This document shows, piece after piece, positions 31,983 through 42,708 of a stretch of 64,000 bases of DNA. How positions within the stretch are numbered: the first letter of the stretch is position 1; the number at the start of each line of letters is the position of its first letter. The notes beneath the pieces were generated by a model. The model did no database searches and was not told where the DNA came from. It saw only the letters and a list, made by a program, of their open reading frames with translations. The translations under genes were made by a program, and so were the position numbers. This DNA comes from Takakia lepidozioides. Lineage: Eukaryota; Plantae; Bryophyta. The stretch is taken from the NCBI GenBank assembly GCA_030704615.1, contig CM060732.1, positions 15,500,001 through 15,564,000 on the forward strand, written 5' to 3'.

Positions 31983-34036
31983 GGAATCCCGGCGCCGGAT
32001 TTCCATCCTGCAGGTCATTCGGAGCGCAGCAGGATGGAAATTCAGCGCCGAATTTCCATCCAGCAAGGTAGGGCGGCGCGTGAAATTTCCCTCACGCAGG
32101 TAATTCAGAAGCGGATGGATGGAAATCCGGCGCCGGATTTCCATCCGCGCAGGTAGGGCGGCGCGCCAAATTTCCCTCACGCAGGTAATTCAGAAGCGGA
32201 TGGATGGAAATCCGGCGTCGGATTTCCATCCGCGCAGGTAGGGCGGCGCGCGAAATTTCCCTCAAGCAGGTAATTCGGAGGCGGATGGATGGAAATCCGG
32301 GGCCGGATTTCCATCCGCAAGGTTGGGCGGAGAGCGGATGGATGGAGATCCGGCGCCGAATTTCCATCTTGCAGGTAATTCGACTCCCGGATGGATGGAA
32401 ATCCGGCGCCGAATTTCCATCCTGCAGGTAATTCGAATCCCGGGTGGATGGATATTCGGCGCCGAATTTCCATCCTGCAGGTAATTCGACTCCCGGATGG
32501 ATGGAAATCCGGTGCCGAATTTCTATCCAGCAGGTAAGTCGGATCGCTGGCGTATGGATATTCGGCGCCGAATTTCCATTCGCCAGGTATTTTGAAGCGC
32601 TGAATTACCTTCCTGCAGGTAATTCTGATCGCTGAATTACCTTCCTACAGGTAATTCTGAGCGTGTCGGATTGATTTTTCGGAGAAAAACAAACCTAACT
32701 GTTTGTTTTGTGGCTGAAGTGCACTTGTAGACACGTTTTTCTTGGAATCCTTGACTGTTAGAGGCAAATCGGAATAGCCTCGGACGGAAATTCGGCGCCG
32801 TTTTTCCATTCTGGGAGGTTTCTGCGACTTCCTTTGAGGGGGCCCCGATGGAAATTCGGCGCCGAATTCCCATCCGGGGGATGGTCTCTGTCGGAGAGGT
32901 GCCGGCCTCTCCGCCGCTCTATTGGATATTCGATGCCGAATTTCCGCCGGGGGTTGAAATATGACGGCCAGGTGCCGGCCTCTCCCCCCTCCCCGACTGC
33001 ATCGGAACGGCCCCGGATGGAAATTCGGCGCCGTTTTTGCATCTGGGGAGGTTTTTACGACTTCCTTTGAGGGGGCCCCGATGGAAATTCGGCGCCGAAT
33101 TTCCATCCGGGGATGGTCTCTGTCGGAGAGGTGCCGGCCTCTCCGCCGCTCTGTTGGATATTCGGTGCCGAATTTCCGTCCGGGGGTTGAAATATGACGG
33201 CCAGGTGCCGGCCTCTCCCCCCTCCCCGACTGCATTGGAATGGCCCCGGATTGAAATTCGGCGCCGTTTTTCCATCCGGGGAGGTTTTTATGTCGGCCAG
33301 TTTTTGGTCTGACCCCCCGACACGACTTCCTTTGGGGGGCCCGGATGGAAATTCGGCGCCGAATCTCCATCCAGGGGATGCTCTCTGTCGAACACGTGCC
33401 GGCCTCTACGCCCGAGGCGACTTCATCCGGGCGTCCCCTGTTGGATATTCGGTGCCGAATTTTTGTCCGGGGGTTGAAATGTAACGGCCAGGTGCCGGCC
33501 TCTCCCCCCTCCCCGACTGCATCCGAACTGCCCCGGATGGAAATTCGGCGCTGTTTTTCCATCTGGGGATGTTTTTATGCCGCCAGTTTTCGGCCTGACC
33601 CCCCGACACGACTTCCTTTGGGGGTGCCCGAATGGAAATTCGGCGCCGAATCTCCATCCAGGGGATGTTCTCTGTCGCACACGCGCCGGCCTCTGCGCCC
33701 GAGGCGACTTCATCCGGGCTTCCCCTGTTGTATATTCGGTGCCGAATTTCCGTCCGGGGGTTGTAATGTGAGGGCCAGATGGCGGCCTTTCCCCCGAGCC
33801 GACTGCATCCGAAAGGCCTCGGATGGAAATTCGGCGCCGTTTTCCCATCCGCGTAGGTTTTTATGTCGGCCAGTTTTCGGCCTGACCCCCGACAGGACTT
33901 CCTTTGGGGGGATCCGAATGGAAATTCGGCGCTGAATTTCCGTCCGGGGATGTTCTCTGTCGGACAGGTGCCGGCATCTCTGCCCCAGACGACTTCATCC
34001 GTGCGGCCCCTGTTGGATATTGGGTGCCGAATTTCC
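31983..34036. repeat. Central A-type palindrome array between the divergent genes (~25 copies)
   Basis: GGAAAT(T/C)CGG-CG-CCG(A/G)ATTTCC at 31983, 32036, 32121, 32206, 32291, 32344 ... 32556; 32786, 32850, 32924, 33019 ... 34015. Confidence 0.95.
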
Positions 34037-34341
34037 ATTCAGGGGTAGTAATGTGACGGCACGGTGCCGGCTTCTCCCCTTCAGCCGTCATCATCCGGAC
34101 GGCCCCCCACTTTCTGACTGCATACCGTTGGCAGTTATTGCGCAAAGACCAGGGGCCGCATTCCGGAGACAAGGTTCATTAACACTCTGACTGTGGATTT
34201 TGAGATAGTTGGCTCCCTGGATTTGGATCAGGCTTCGTCGCTCGGACAAATTGGCACCGCATTCCTTCCCATCGCTGCATCCCCCTTCTACCAGGGAGCT
34301 TCCCCGCACGCCATCATGGCAGTCTTGTGTGCACATCTCCC

Positions 34342-37300
34342 ATGGCGGAAAACCCGAGCGCTACAGTGTACTGCCCTCCTCACGAGCATAGAGCTTCATT
34401 TCCGTGCAGAGGGGACATCTGTCGGGTGATGGAGAAATATCTGTGCGTTCGATACCACCTGAAACCGGGGTCGGTTTTTTTGGAGGAGGAAAGGAAGGAC
34501 TCAAACGGCCTTGTTGTCGAGAGTATTGTTGTGCTCCACGATGATTTCGGCGATGGCAGGGAATGGCGAGTTCCACCATCGGACAGCGTCATATACAGGG
34601 CTGTTGGGGACTTCATTTGCCCGCCAAATGCACCTTCTATCCTGGCGCCTTCCACGAAACAATCCGCGAATCAGAGAGTGGCTATCTCAAAGAGAGAAGT
34701 CCGCAACAAAGTAAATCCAGAGCCGAACCCATCCATGAAGACGAGCGAGAACCGGGTTGTTCACAACGTGTCCGACTCAGACGAGGTCATGGAAGTTCCG
34801 AGGTCGTCCTGGAGATCAGGCAAGTCCTCAATGGACGTCAGTGGAGGAGGGAGTCATATTCCCAGCACGAGCACCGCAGTTCGATCTATTCTTGAAATTT
34901 TGCGAGGGCTTCACCTGGAGGGACACCGGTCGGAGCTGGCCGGGCTGGACTTCAGCAAGTTCGCAATTAAATCGGTTACATGTCTTGCCGCCGACGTCGA
35001 CGGTAATATCTTCTTTGAGTTCCCTCCTTGGGCGGACTACTCGAGGGCGTCCGGAATGTTGACAAATATGGATAGAAAACATGACGGTCATCCTTGGTGC
35101 GTTACCAAAACCACCAGCATGAAGATGCTCGATGGTGTGCGGGTGCGCTACGTTGTTTGTGCGGGCGCGTTGCGGTGTTTCTCCCAACTTGCTTCCACTT
35201 TAAATCCAGAGGTCACAGGAACGAGACCGATTGGACAGGCACAGCTCATCAACCATTTCGAGCTCAGGAGAAGGTTCCAAACTCCACATTTAAGTGTGCG
35301 CATTGCAAAGAACCACACACTGCATGTCTGTTTGTAATGCCAAGCAGTTCTATGTGTTGCACCGTTTCCCTGACCTCACCTGAGCTTGCATACACATTGG
35401 TTCCCATTGTCACAAATTGGCGAGGGGGAACTCGTGGGAGGCTGCCCACGAATCAGAGCAGCTCGTTCAGGAGGAGGTTAAGTTGAGACCGGGTGCCAAA
35501 CCCAAACAGATACAGCTCCAAGCCGCCCATAAGATGGCATTGGCCAAAATTATGTCGGAAGACGGCTCCGATAGAGTTCCTCTCGACGAGAAGGAAATGG
35601 AGGCATTGCTGGAGTCGGTGTCCCACGTATGTTCACCGAATGTCCGAAACCACATTGTCTCATGCAAACAGAAAATTGGGCGTGGCTCGGATATGCACTC
35701 CATTCTGGAGGTGAAGCGACGATGTGGATATGACTACATTCATGGAAGTAGGTTTCCAGGACAAGGGACTGAGGCAGATCATTATTTCGTATTCAAAATG
35801 TCCACGTGTGGACCTGGCAGCGGCGTCGAACTGGTCGACAGGATGACGAGTGGGGACTTGTCAAACAGTTGGGTCATGTTCGACCATATCAAGCGAATTA
35901 CAAAGCACCAGTGGGTGACAATGGGTGCACATGTCTACGACACCCACTGCAGGATGCTAATGACAATTGCTATTTGTGAGATGAAAGGAGAGGACACACA
36001 ATCGGAGATGCTTCTTTGGCAGGGAATAAACGAACAGATGGCCAAGGCGGGATTGCCCCCTCCGAATATACGTGGTTTCATGGCGGACAACGCACAAGCA
36101 AATTGGGCTGCCATCCGAAGGGTGTACGGTCAAGACCCCAATGTTCCCATGGAAGGCAAGGAGAGATCTTGTGGGTTCCATTTTCTGCAGAGCCTTTTGC
36201 AGTACACAACCAGGCTCGTGGCGCCAGATTTCAGAGAGGAGCACCGTTCCATGTGCCTTGCGTGGAAGCGCGCTCCCACCTTGGATGATGCAGAGACACA
36301 GTTTGCATGTATACGGGCTTGGTGGACATCGTCAGGTGCTGTAAGGAAATCAGACGAGGGAGCAATGGTCAGTTGGCTAGCATGGTGGCATTATTGTTTC
36401 CTCCAGTTCGGCGACTATATGCGGGAGGTGAGTTGCACGAATTCGCGTCCCGTTGAATATTATTCTTGGCCATATTTGTAACTTGCTTGTAACCTCAACA
36501 TGTGCTTGTGTAGGAAATGTGTCTCGACTCCGACACCGACATGCCCACGACAAACATGGCCGAATCAGTGCACTCTTCCTGGCGTGCCTCCTCTGCGGCG
36601 CATCTGGTGGACATCCTCACTGCCACAACGGAGGACATTGTGAGGTCAATTATGCAGCAATGCAGGTACAACGAGTTCTTGAAAGGGAAACAGTGGGGCT
36701 TGGGGCCGGACAGGCAGGAAATGCTGATGCGGACTGCCTCCAGATCGAAGAATCCTCGGAAGTGGGCGGCGGCCTTGCGAGAGGGCCTTTGGGACACGCC
36801 ATTGCTGCGAAGATGCCAACATTTGGAAGGAGATGTTCATACCCGTCCAGTGAGACGAAGACTTGACGAGGCACCTGGCGGAGAAGAGGATTCATGGCGA
36901 GCTGACAAGAATATTCGCACGCTCCCTCTTTGTCCGGTGATGTTGCCCGAGGAGGTCTCGTCGAGCACCGCAAGTCCTGCACGTTCAAGATCGCCATCTC
37001 CTTTGAGCACAGGGCGCGTGCCCCGGCAACATAACGAGCCATCTGTAGTAAAGCAGTACAACATTCCCATTGTGGAGACAAGAGTGTCGGAGTCACAGTG
37101 GAGAATTGCGAGGACATTGCCGGCATTTCGAGGGAAGTGCTGCGCCATCCGGGTGGATACGAGAGCACGCTGTGGTGAGATGATTCAGAGGAACCCACAC
37201 GGTGCTGTACCTGCACCTTGTTTCAGCGACAGATTTTTGACTCCCACATTTGCTCATGCCACAACGCAGACATTTTGGTTCTGTAGGCACGACATAATGA

Positions 37301-37932
37301 CCTGTGTATTTGGCAAGCCCAAGTACGGGATTCAGGGAATGCCGGAGCCTCCGGACGTCTGGCTTGTTGCACCGGGTTGCAGCCTCTCTCAGAATGAGGC
37401 GGATGCTCTATCTGCAGCAGGATTTTGAATGGTGCAACGCACAGACATCCCGGCCCACGCATTTCCGGTTCCTCAGACCCAGCCATTGCAGACTGCTCGG
37501 TCCAGTAGAGACGGATTGGACAATTCTGCACATCCCACAATGCGATTCGGAAGAGTGAAGAGACGACACCCTCCCAACAAGTTGAATGAGACTCGGATTG
37601 CCAATGTTCTTGGGATGGCTTGCACTATTCAGAGCTCCGTGGACGTACCCCCACCCGGCCTTGGGCGTGTGTATCGGATGGCAACGGCCGGCTCGGCTGT
37701 ACGCGACGATGTATATACAATTACGATTGGAGTGGAGCCGACTTGCAATTGTACGGACTTCTCGTTGATGGAAGCAAAGAAGGGTTCAAAGTATTATCCG
37801 TACAAGCATCTGTATTACATTTACCTGAAGAGGTTGAGGATGAACGTGACTATTGATGACTTTATTCATGCACCGGCGTTGAGCGTGAACGAGCTGCACA
37901 AACTCCTCCTTAGGGATTCCAGAAATCATTGA
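34342..37932 (+). pseudogene. Mutator-like DDE transposase with GCM/WRKY-like zinc domain and C-terminal SWIM finger (frameshifts, one premature stop)
   Basis: WVMFDH (D1), GFMADN (D2), CGFH (CxxH), TTNMAES (E); intron 36428-36513; CNCTDF..YKH SWIM; TGA at 37426 where the A' copy has CGA. Confidence 0.9.
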
Positions 37933-38089
37933 TGGGGCAAAGGGAATCCTCCATATGGATATTTTCAATTGCATTTTCATGTATCAGATTTTTTTTTGCA
38001 GTGTAATGAAATGCACCCCAAAACTCCTGGAATGAGGCAATATTCCATTCAAACTGAGATCCAACAGAAGCAGTTGTGGGGCCATTTCT

Positions 38090-38525
38090 GGAAAAATGGC
38101 GCCGAATTTCTCTTTTTGGGGCCGAAAACTGGCTAAGTCCCAACATGCACTGGTACCTGTGTCTGGGAAAATGGCGCCGAATTTCTTTTTTTTGGGCCGA
38201 AAACTGGCTAAGTCCCAATATGCACTGGTACCGTGTCTGAAAAAATGGCGCCGAATTTCTTTTTTTTGGGCCGAAAACTAGCTAAGTCCCAACATGCACT
38301 GGTACAGTGTCTGGAAAAATGGCGCCAAATTTCTCTATTTTGCACCGAAAACTGGCTAAGTCCGAACATGCACTGGAAAAATGGCGCCGAATTACCTGTC
38401 ATGAGGGGACCTATAGCCGCGGAATTCGGCACCATTTTTCGCCAGAGAGACCTATTACCGCGAAATACGTTGCCGTTTTTTCAAGTTACGGACCCTATTA
38501 CCGCGAAATTCGGCGCCATATTTGC
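38090..38525. repeat. Right subterminal A-type array, ~74-bp units
   Basis: aaaatggcgccgaatttc + ggctaagtccc units at 38090, 38165, 38239, 38313, 38375. Confidence 0.9.
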
Positions 38526-38689
38526 ACATGTCGCTGGGAATTGGCATGAGCGGAAGACGAAATATCATGAGCACAACTGTCAAAACTGCAATTTTCCCTT
38601 CAAGGGGCCGAATAATATATTTGTTTTTCCTGACACATTGCATTGAATTATTGTTTTTAATTGTTTTTTATTTTCGAAATTTGTACTTC

Positions 38690-38756
38690 TGCTCATGAAA
38701 ACCGATTGTCTTACTACTCCGCTCATGCCGCTCATGCTCATGAAATAGCAAACCTC
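38690..38756 (-). repeat. Right TIR with GCTCATG repeats
   Basis: gctcatgccgctcatgctcatgaaatagcaaacctc. Confidence 0.92.
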
Positions 38757-39817
38757 CTTAGTTCCTCTGGTGTAGAGCGGTAATATTCGGATTTTCCCTT
38801 CTCAGCTGCCTCTGCTAGTTCTTGCTGCATTGATTCAAATAGTGATTAGCACCAAAAGAACTACCAACATGTATTCGAAAAGTAAACTGAGTACAGACTC
38901 AGGCTTACCGCATACATGTACTCCAGAAACGCCTCTCGAGTAAAAGAATACCAAGTGCCTGCAGCTCTTCCTGTTTCGCACTTCTTGATTATATTGGGGG
39001 GAGTACTGTCCGAAAATCATCCAGCTTCATCAGACCAATCCTCTGAATTCGGAATAGTGTGTGGACCAAGCTTGTTGTCACATGCGATTTCTCTGTCGAT
39101 CTGCAAAAACATTGGAAACATTGCATTCCTTAACACTGTTTTTTTGGGATTAACAAGACACTACAGAGGGAATGAAGTCTCTAGGATGACTTACTTGTTC
39201 ACGTCGTGCAGAGCTGTAAGAAGCCTAGCGATGTCGTTTCCTGGATCCAAAACCATTGCCTCCACAGCAACATGCTTGTCTTTGTCTTTCGCATGATGTT
39301 TTTGAATGTATCCCATCCATGCCAGCAATCGGTGGTTGCCGTCCCAGACGTAGAACATGTGGTTGCAGAATTGCTGGGTGTTCTTTCCCATCATGAGGCC
39401 CAGCTCGAACTCCTCATTAGCATCTTTCCAGCACTCATCCCAGGTATCACTGATCTCTGGAGACACTAATGTGCTTTTCCCATTTATATCAGTCAGTGAC
39501 ACATAAAAAACTTGTGCACCAAGTCTGTATCCATGCACGAAATCACTCTCCAATTTTGTTATGTCATGGGAAAGAGGTGGACGCACAACAGACATAGATA
39601 TCATCCGGCATAGAGGAATGTCGAGACGCCCTCCAGATACGAGCATGTCCCTTATAACCTCATGAGAGTTTACCTTCTGGAATGACATGAGTTCTTTCAC
39701 CTTGTCAAGGTAGTGCACTTCAGATTCATCTGCTTCATCGTTATTCTCTGAGCTTTTTCCAGACTCGTCCCCATCTCCAGATCCTTTCCCCTCTGATCCT
39801 GTAGGCTTGGACCTCAC
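38757..39817 (-). pseudogene. ParB-type gene of lineage C, upstream exons including the ParB domain (a possible first exon lies near 40690-40997)
   Basis: ORF 39191-39817 LDIPLCRM..GYRLGAQVFYVS..YVWDGNHRLLAW..LHDVNK|gtaag; next exon STEKSHVTTSLVHTLFRI..WYSFTRE. Confidence 0.88.
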
Positions 39818-41077
39818 AGTTTCTGCACGATGCCATTCAAATCTGACTGAGTAATGTGCAAATAGTGAACGGCGGTAACGACCATCACTCTGTTTTGTCT
39901 CAACTCACAATGAATGGTGTGAAACAAATTCAGAACCATCTACACAAGCAAAGCTGATCCTGCCGAATTATGATTCTAGGGACACAGGAACAGAAAGGTT
40001 TTGAGCAAGAACGAACGGCGTTAACGACAATCACAAAAGAGTGGGACCTGCCGGATCGGTGTTGTGCAATGACATATATGTGTGAGTGTTTGGCGGCAAC
40101 GACATTCAGTATAGTTTTAGGGTGGACAGTAAGTGCAGATTATTCAGATTGACTCCATTGTGATGAACGTCGCAAGCATTCACTGTTTCTTGTCTATGTC
40201 GAGAGTACTTTCCAATCGATACTCTACCTGAATCTACAGTATGGTCTTCAAATCTTTGATTGGCGGTATCGCCTTTCCACTTCTCTATCTGTTCAACCTC
40301 AAACAAAGAAAATGCATTGCAAAACAATATGACTGAATATGCCGACCCTCACTCTCTCTTCAAAACATAGGTACATAAAATCTCATGAGGAGAATCAATG
40401 GCGTTAACGACGCTCGCAATTTAGTAGACTTCAATCACATGTTCCTGCTAAAGAAGGGAAGAGGAAGGACTGCTTGAAAGGCAATCAGACAGACTGTATG
40501 ATCTGAACAACAGTGAATGACGGTACCGTCAGTCACCCACTCATTGTGCGGTAAACCCTTAAACAGAGGAGTAGAAAGCAAATCACCGTTGTTTCATGGT
40601 GATGGTCGGTAGCGACAATCCCTTTCTGGGACATTCCGCTCAATCTCTACGTAGATCTTCAACAATGAAATGTAAGTTAGAGAAAACTTACTGGCGCCTT
40701 CTTAGGTTTTGAAATTGGATCCCCTTCAGCAGCTTTCCTCTTCCCTCTCACATCTGCTGGAATTTCTGTCTGCTCTAGGGTTTCTGGACCTTCTCCCGGT
40801 TTAGCGTTCCTCGTACTTCCACCTCCTTCAGTTTCCCTGCAAGTCATCTATGCATCCACAGGCTGGTTTCCAACTCGCACTGTTATCGCCGACTGTGTCA
40901 CAGCCGTTGCCTCAGTCTCGGTCTGATCTTGTGAATCAGTCTCCGCGTTCACCTGCTGCCTTGGCCCTGTGTTCTCCAACAAACGACGCCTTGTCATTTG
41001 CTCTCTTGCTCTGCGTCTCTATCTAAGGGAAGTAAAATAGAGAGACTTTCTTCTCTTTCGTATTGCAGAAGGAACCC

Positions 41078-41802
41078 TGTCGCGCACCTCACTTCGGTAA
41101 GCTCCCCTTCAAGTCATAGTTACTCGCTTTGATGCGCGCGCCTGACTCCCAACCTGGCCGCCGGGCCAACTTGGAGCTTCGGCTGCTCACCGGGACATAA
41201 CGGTCCCCCTTCGCTTCCCTCTAAACCCTCCACCTATTTGGGACTAGGAGAATTCCCTTTGGTAGATGGCAGTCCGGAACAGCTCCCCACTCTTTGGTCG
41301 CTTTCCGGCTCGCTCGCTTACTCACTAGTTTTTGGTCACCAACGGGCTTGCACCGTTCTCGGGGTTACTACTCCCTATATATACTTCTGTAGCTGTCCGC
41401 GGGGGTTTCACAACCAGCCATGCCATTTTATGGCGAACCACCACGAAAACCCTCGACTCCCGGTGATGAGTCGCGGTGAGTCTTGGCCCACTCACCACGG
41501 CCCCTATGGACCGTGATGAGTCCCAAGACTCCCCACGACTCCCACCACGAGGTCTCCGCCCCCATGGTGAGTCCTATGCCACCCCCACTAAGTCCCGCTA
41601 AGCTACCACCACCCCTTGTGGAGCCACCCCCACCGCAACCCGGTGTGCGGGGCTCCACCTAGTGAGCGCCTCCGCCTCCTTGAGTGCCTTGGGCACTCAA
41701 GGGTGCTTCAGCCCCCCATACCTATCGCTGCCGCTGCCCCCACCACAGGGGCAGCCCCTCATGTGTCCCGACCCCCTGCCCTCAAGGCAAAGGGCCGCGA
41801 CA
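41078..41802 (-). repeat. 3' LTR of copy 3
   Basis: TGTCGCG...CGCGACA; adjacent purine-rich PPT-like tract on the minus strand. Confidence 0.95.
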
Positions 41803-42708
41803 CACACCCCTACCAACAGGGAGTCGATGTCCTCATCGACTTGTCCATTTTGTAGAAACGAACATCCAAGTTGTGGCGTCCCACATCAAGGAGTTTGTTT
41901 CCGTACCATGGCGTCCCATGGCAAAGAACCAAACCCCACACTTGACTCTACTCTCCACTAGCTAGTTCGGCCGACTTCCTCCAAGTCCCGGCCAAGGGTG
42001 GAGCCTCTCCAGCTCCTCCCAGTGCACTCTTCTTGGCCTACTTCAAGGCCAAGGAACGATCCTCCCCGAGGATCGAATCGCCTTACTGCAACAACATTGC
42101 TTGCGATCGCTCATGATGCCGCTTTTGGCATCACCTTGAGCAAGGGTTCACCTGGAACCCTCTTTGACTAGGAAGATAACCTTGAACCAACCGTGCGCCC
42201 CAATCACTACAATTGGGTCCGCCTTGGAATGCTGGCCTGAGGTACGGGAACACGCCGAAGCCGCACTACGACTTCGTCCCGAGGCTACACGATTATAGTA
42301 CGTGAACGGAAGCACGTAGCTTCCGCGTTAGCCCGCACTACAAGGCAACCCCCTCGGTAGCGCAGTTATAGTACGCGCACGCGCCAGGTGCGCACTAGCA
42401 CGTGAACTCCCAAAGAAGGCGCAAGTTTCCTTGCCCCTTGGATGGGAGTCACCCGATTTCGGCACTGCGCAAACACACGATTAACCCAATTTACCTCTCC
42501 CACTTTTGTAAGCTAGCATGCATTCTACACACTAGCCAACCATACCATGCATCACCATTCCAAACAAAATAGGACGCACAACATTTGGAACCCATTTCCT
42601 TTATAACAAATTTTTGTACAATACAAGTTTTTGCAATCGGATTCCTGAGCTAGCTAAGCCGGGCTAAGCATGCATTTCCTCCCCCACGCTCCAAGGTTGA
42701 TGTCCCCA

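Larger units (their letters stand above)
25765..38756. mobile_element. Complete ~13-kb Mutator-like DNA transposon (lineage A) with 9-bp TSD
   Basis: Termini GGGGGCTGCTATTTCATGAGC / GCTCATGAAATAGCAAACCTC; TSD CTTAGTTCC at 25756-25764 and 38757-38765; removing it restores the host reading frame (TPEELRTSKGVEAA). Confidence 0.95.

Noticed and set aside
31806-34172. Many overlapping ORFs with MEIRRRISI / WKFGAEFP repeats (also MRHRIS / KCGAAFP at 10400-12000 and 17660-18490)
   Set aside because: These are translations of the palindromic DNA repeats on both strands, with no independent coding signal
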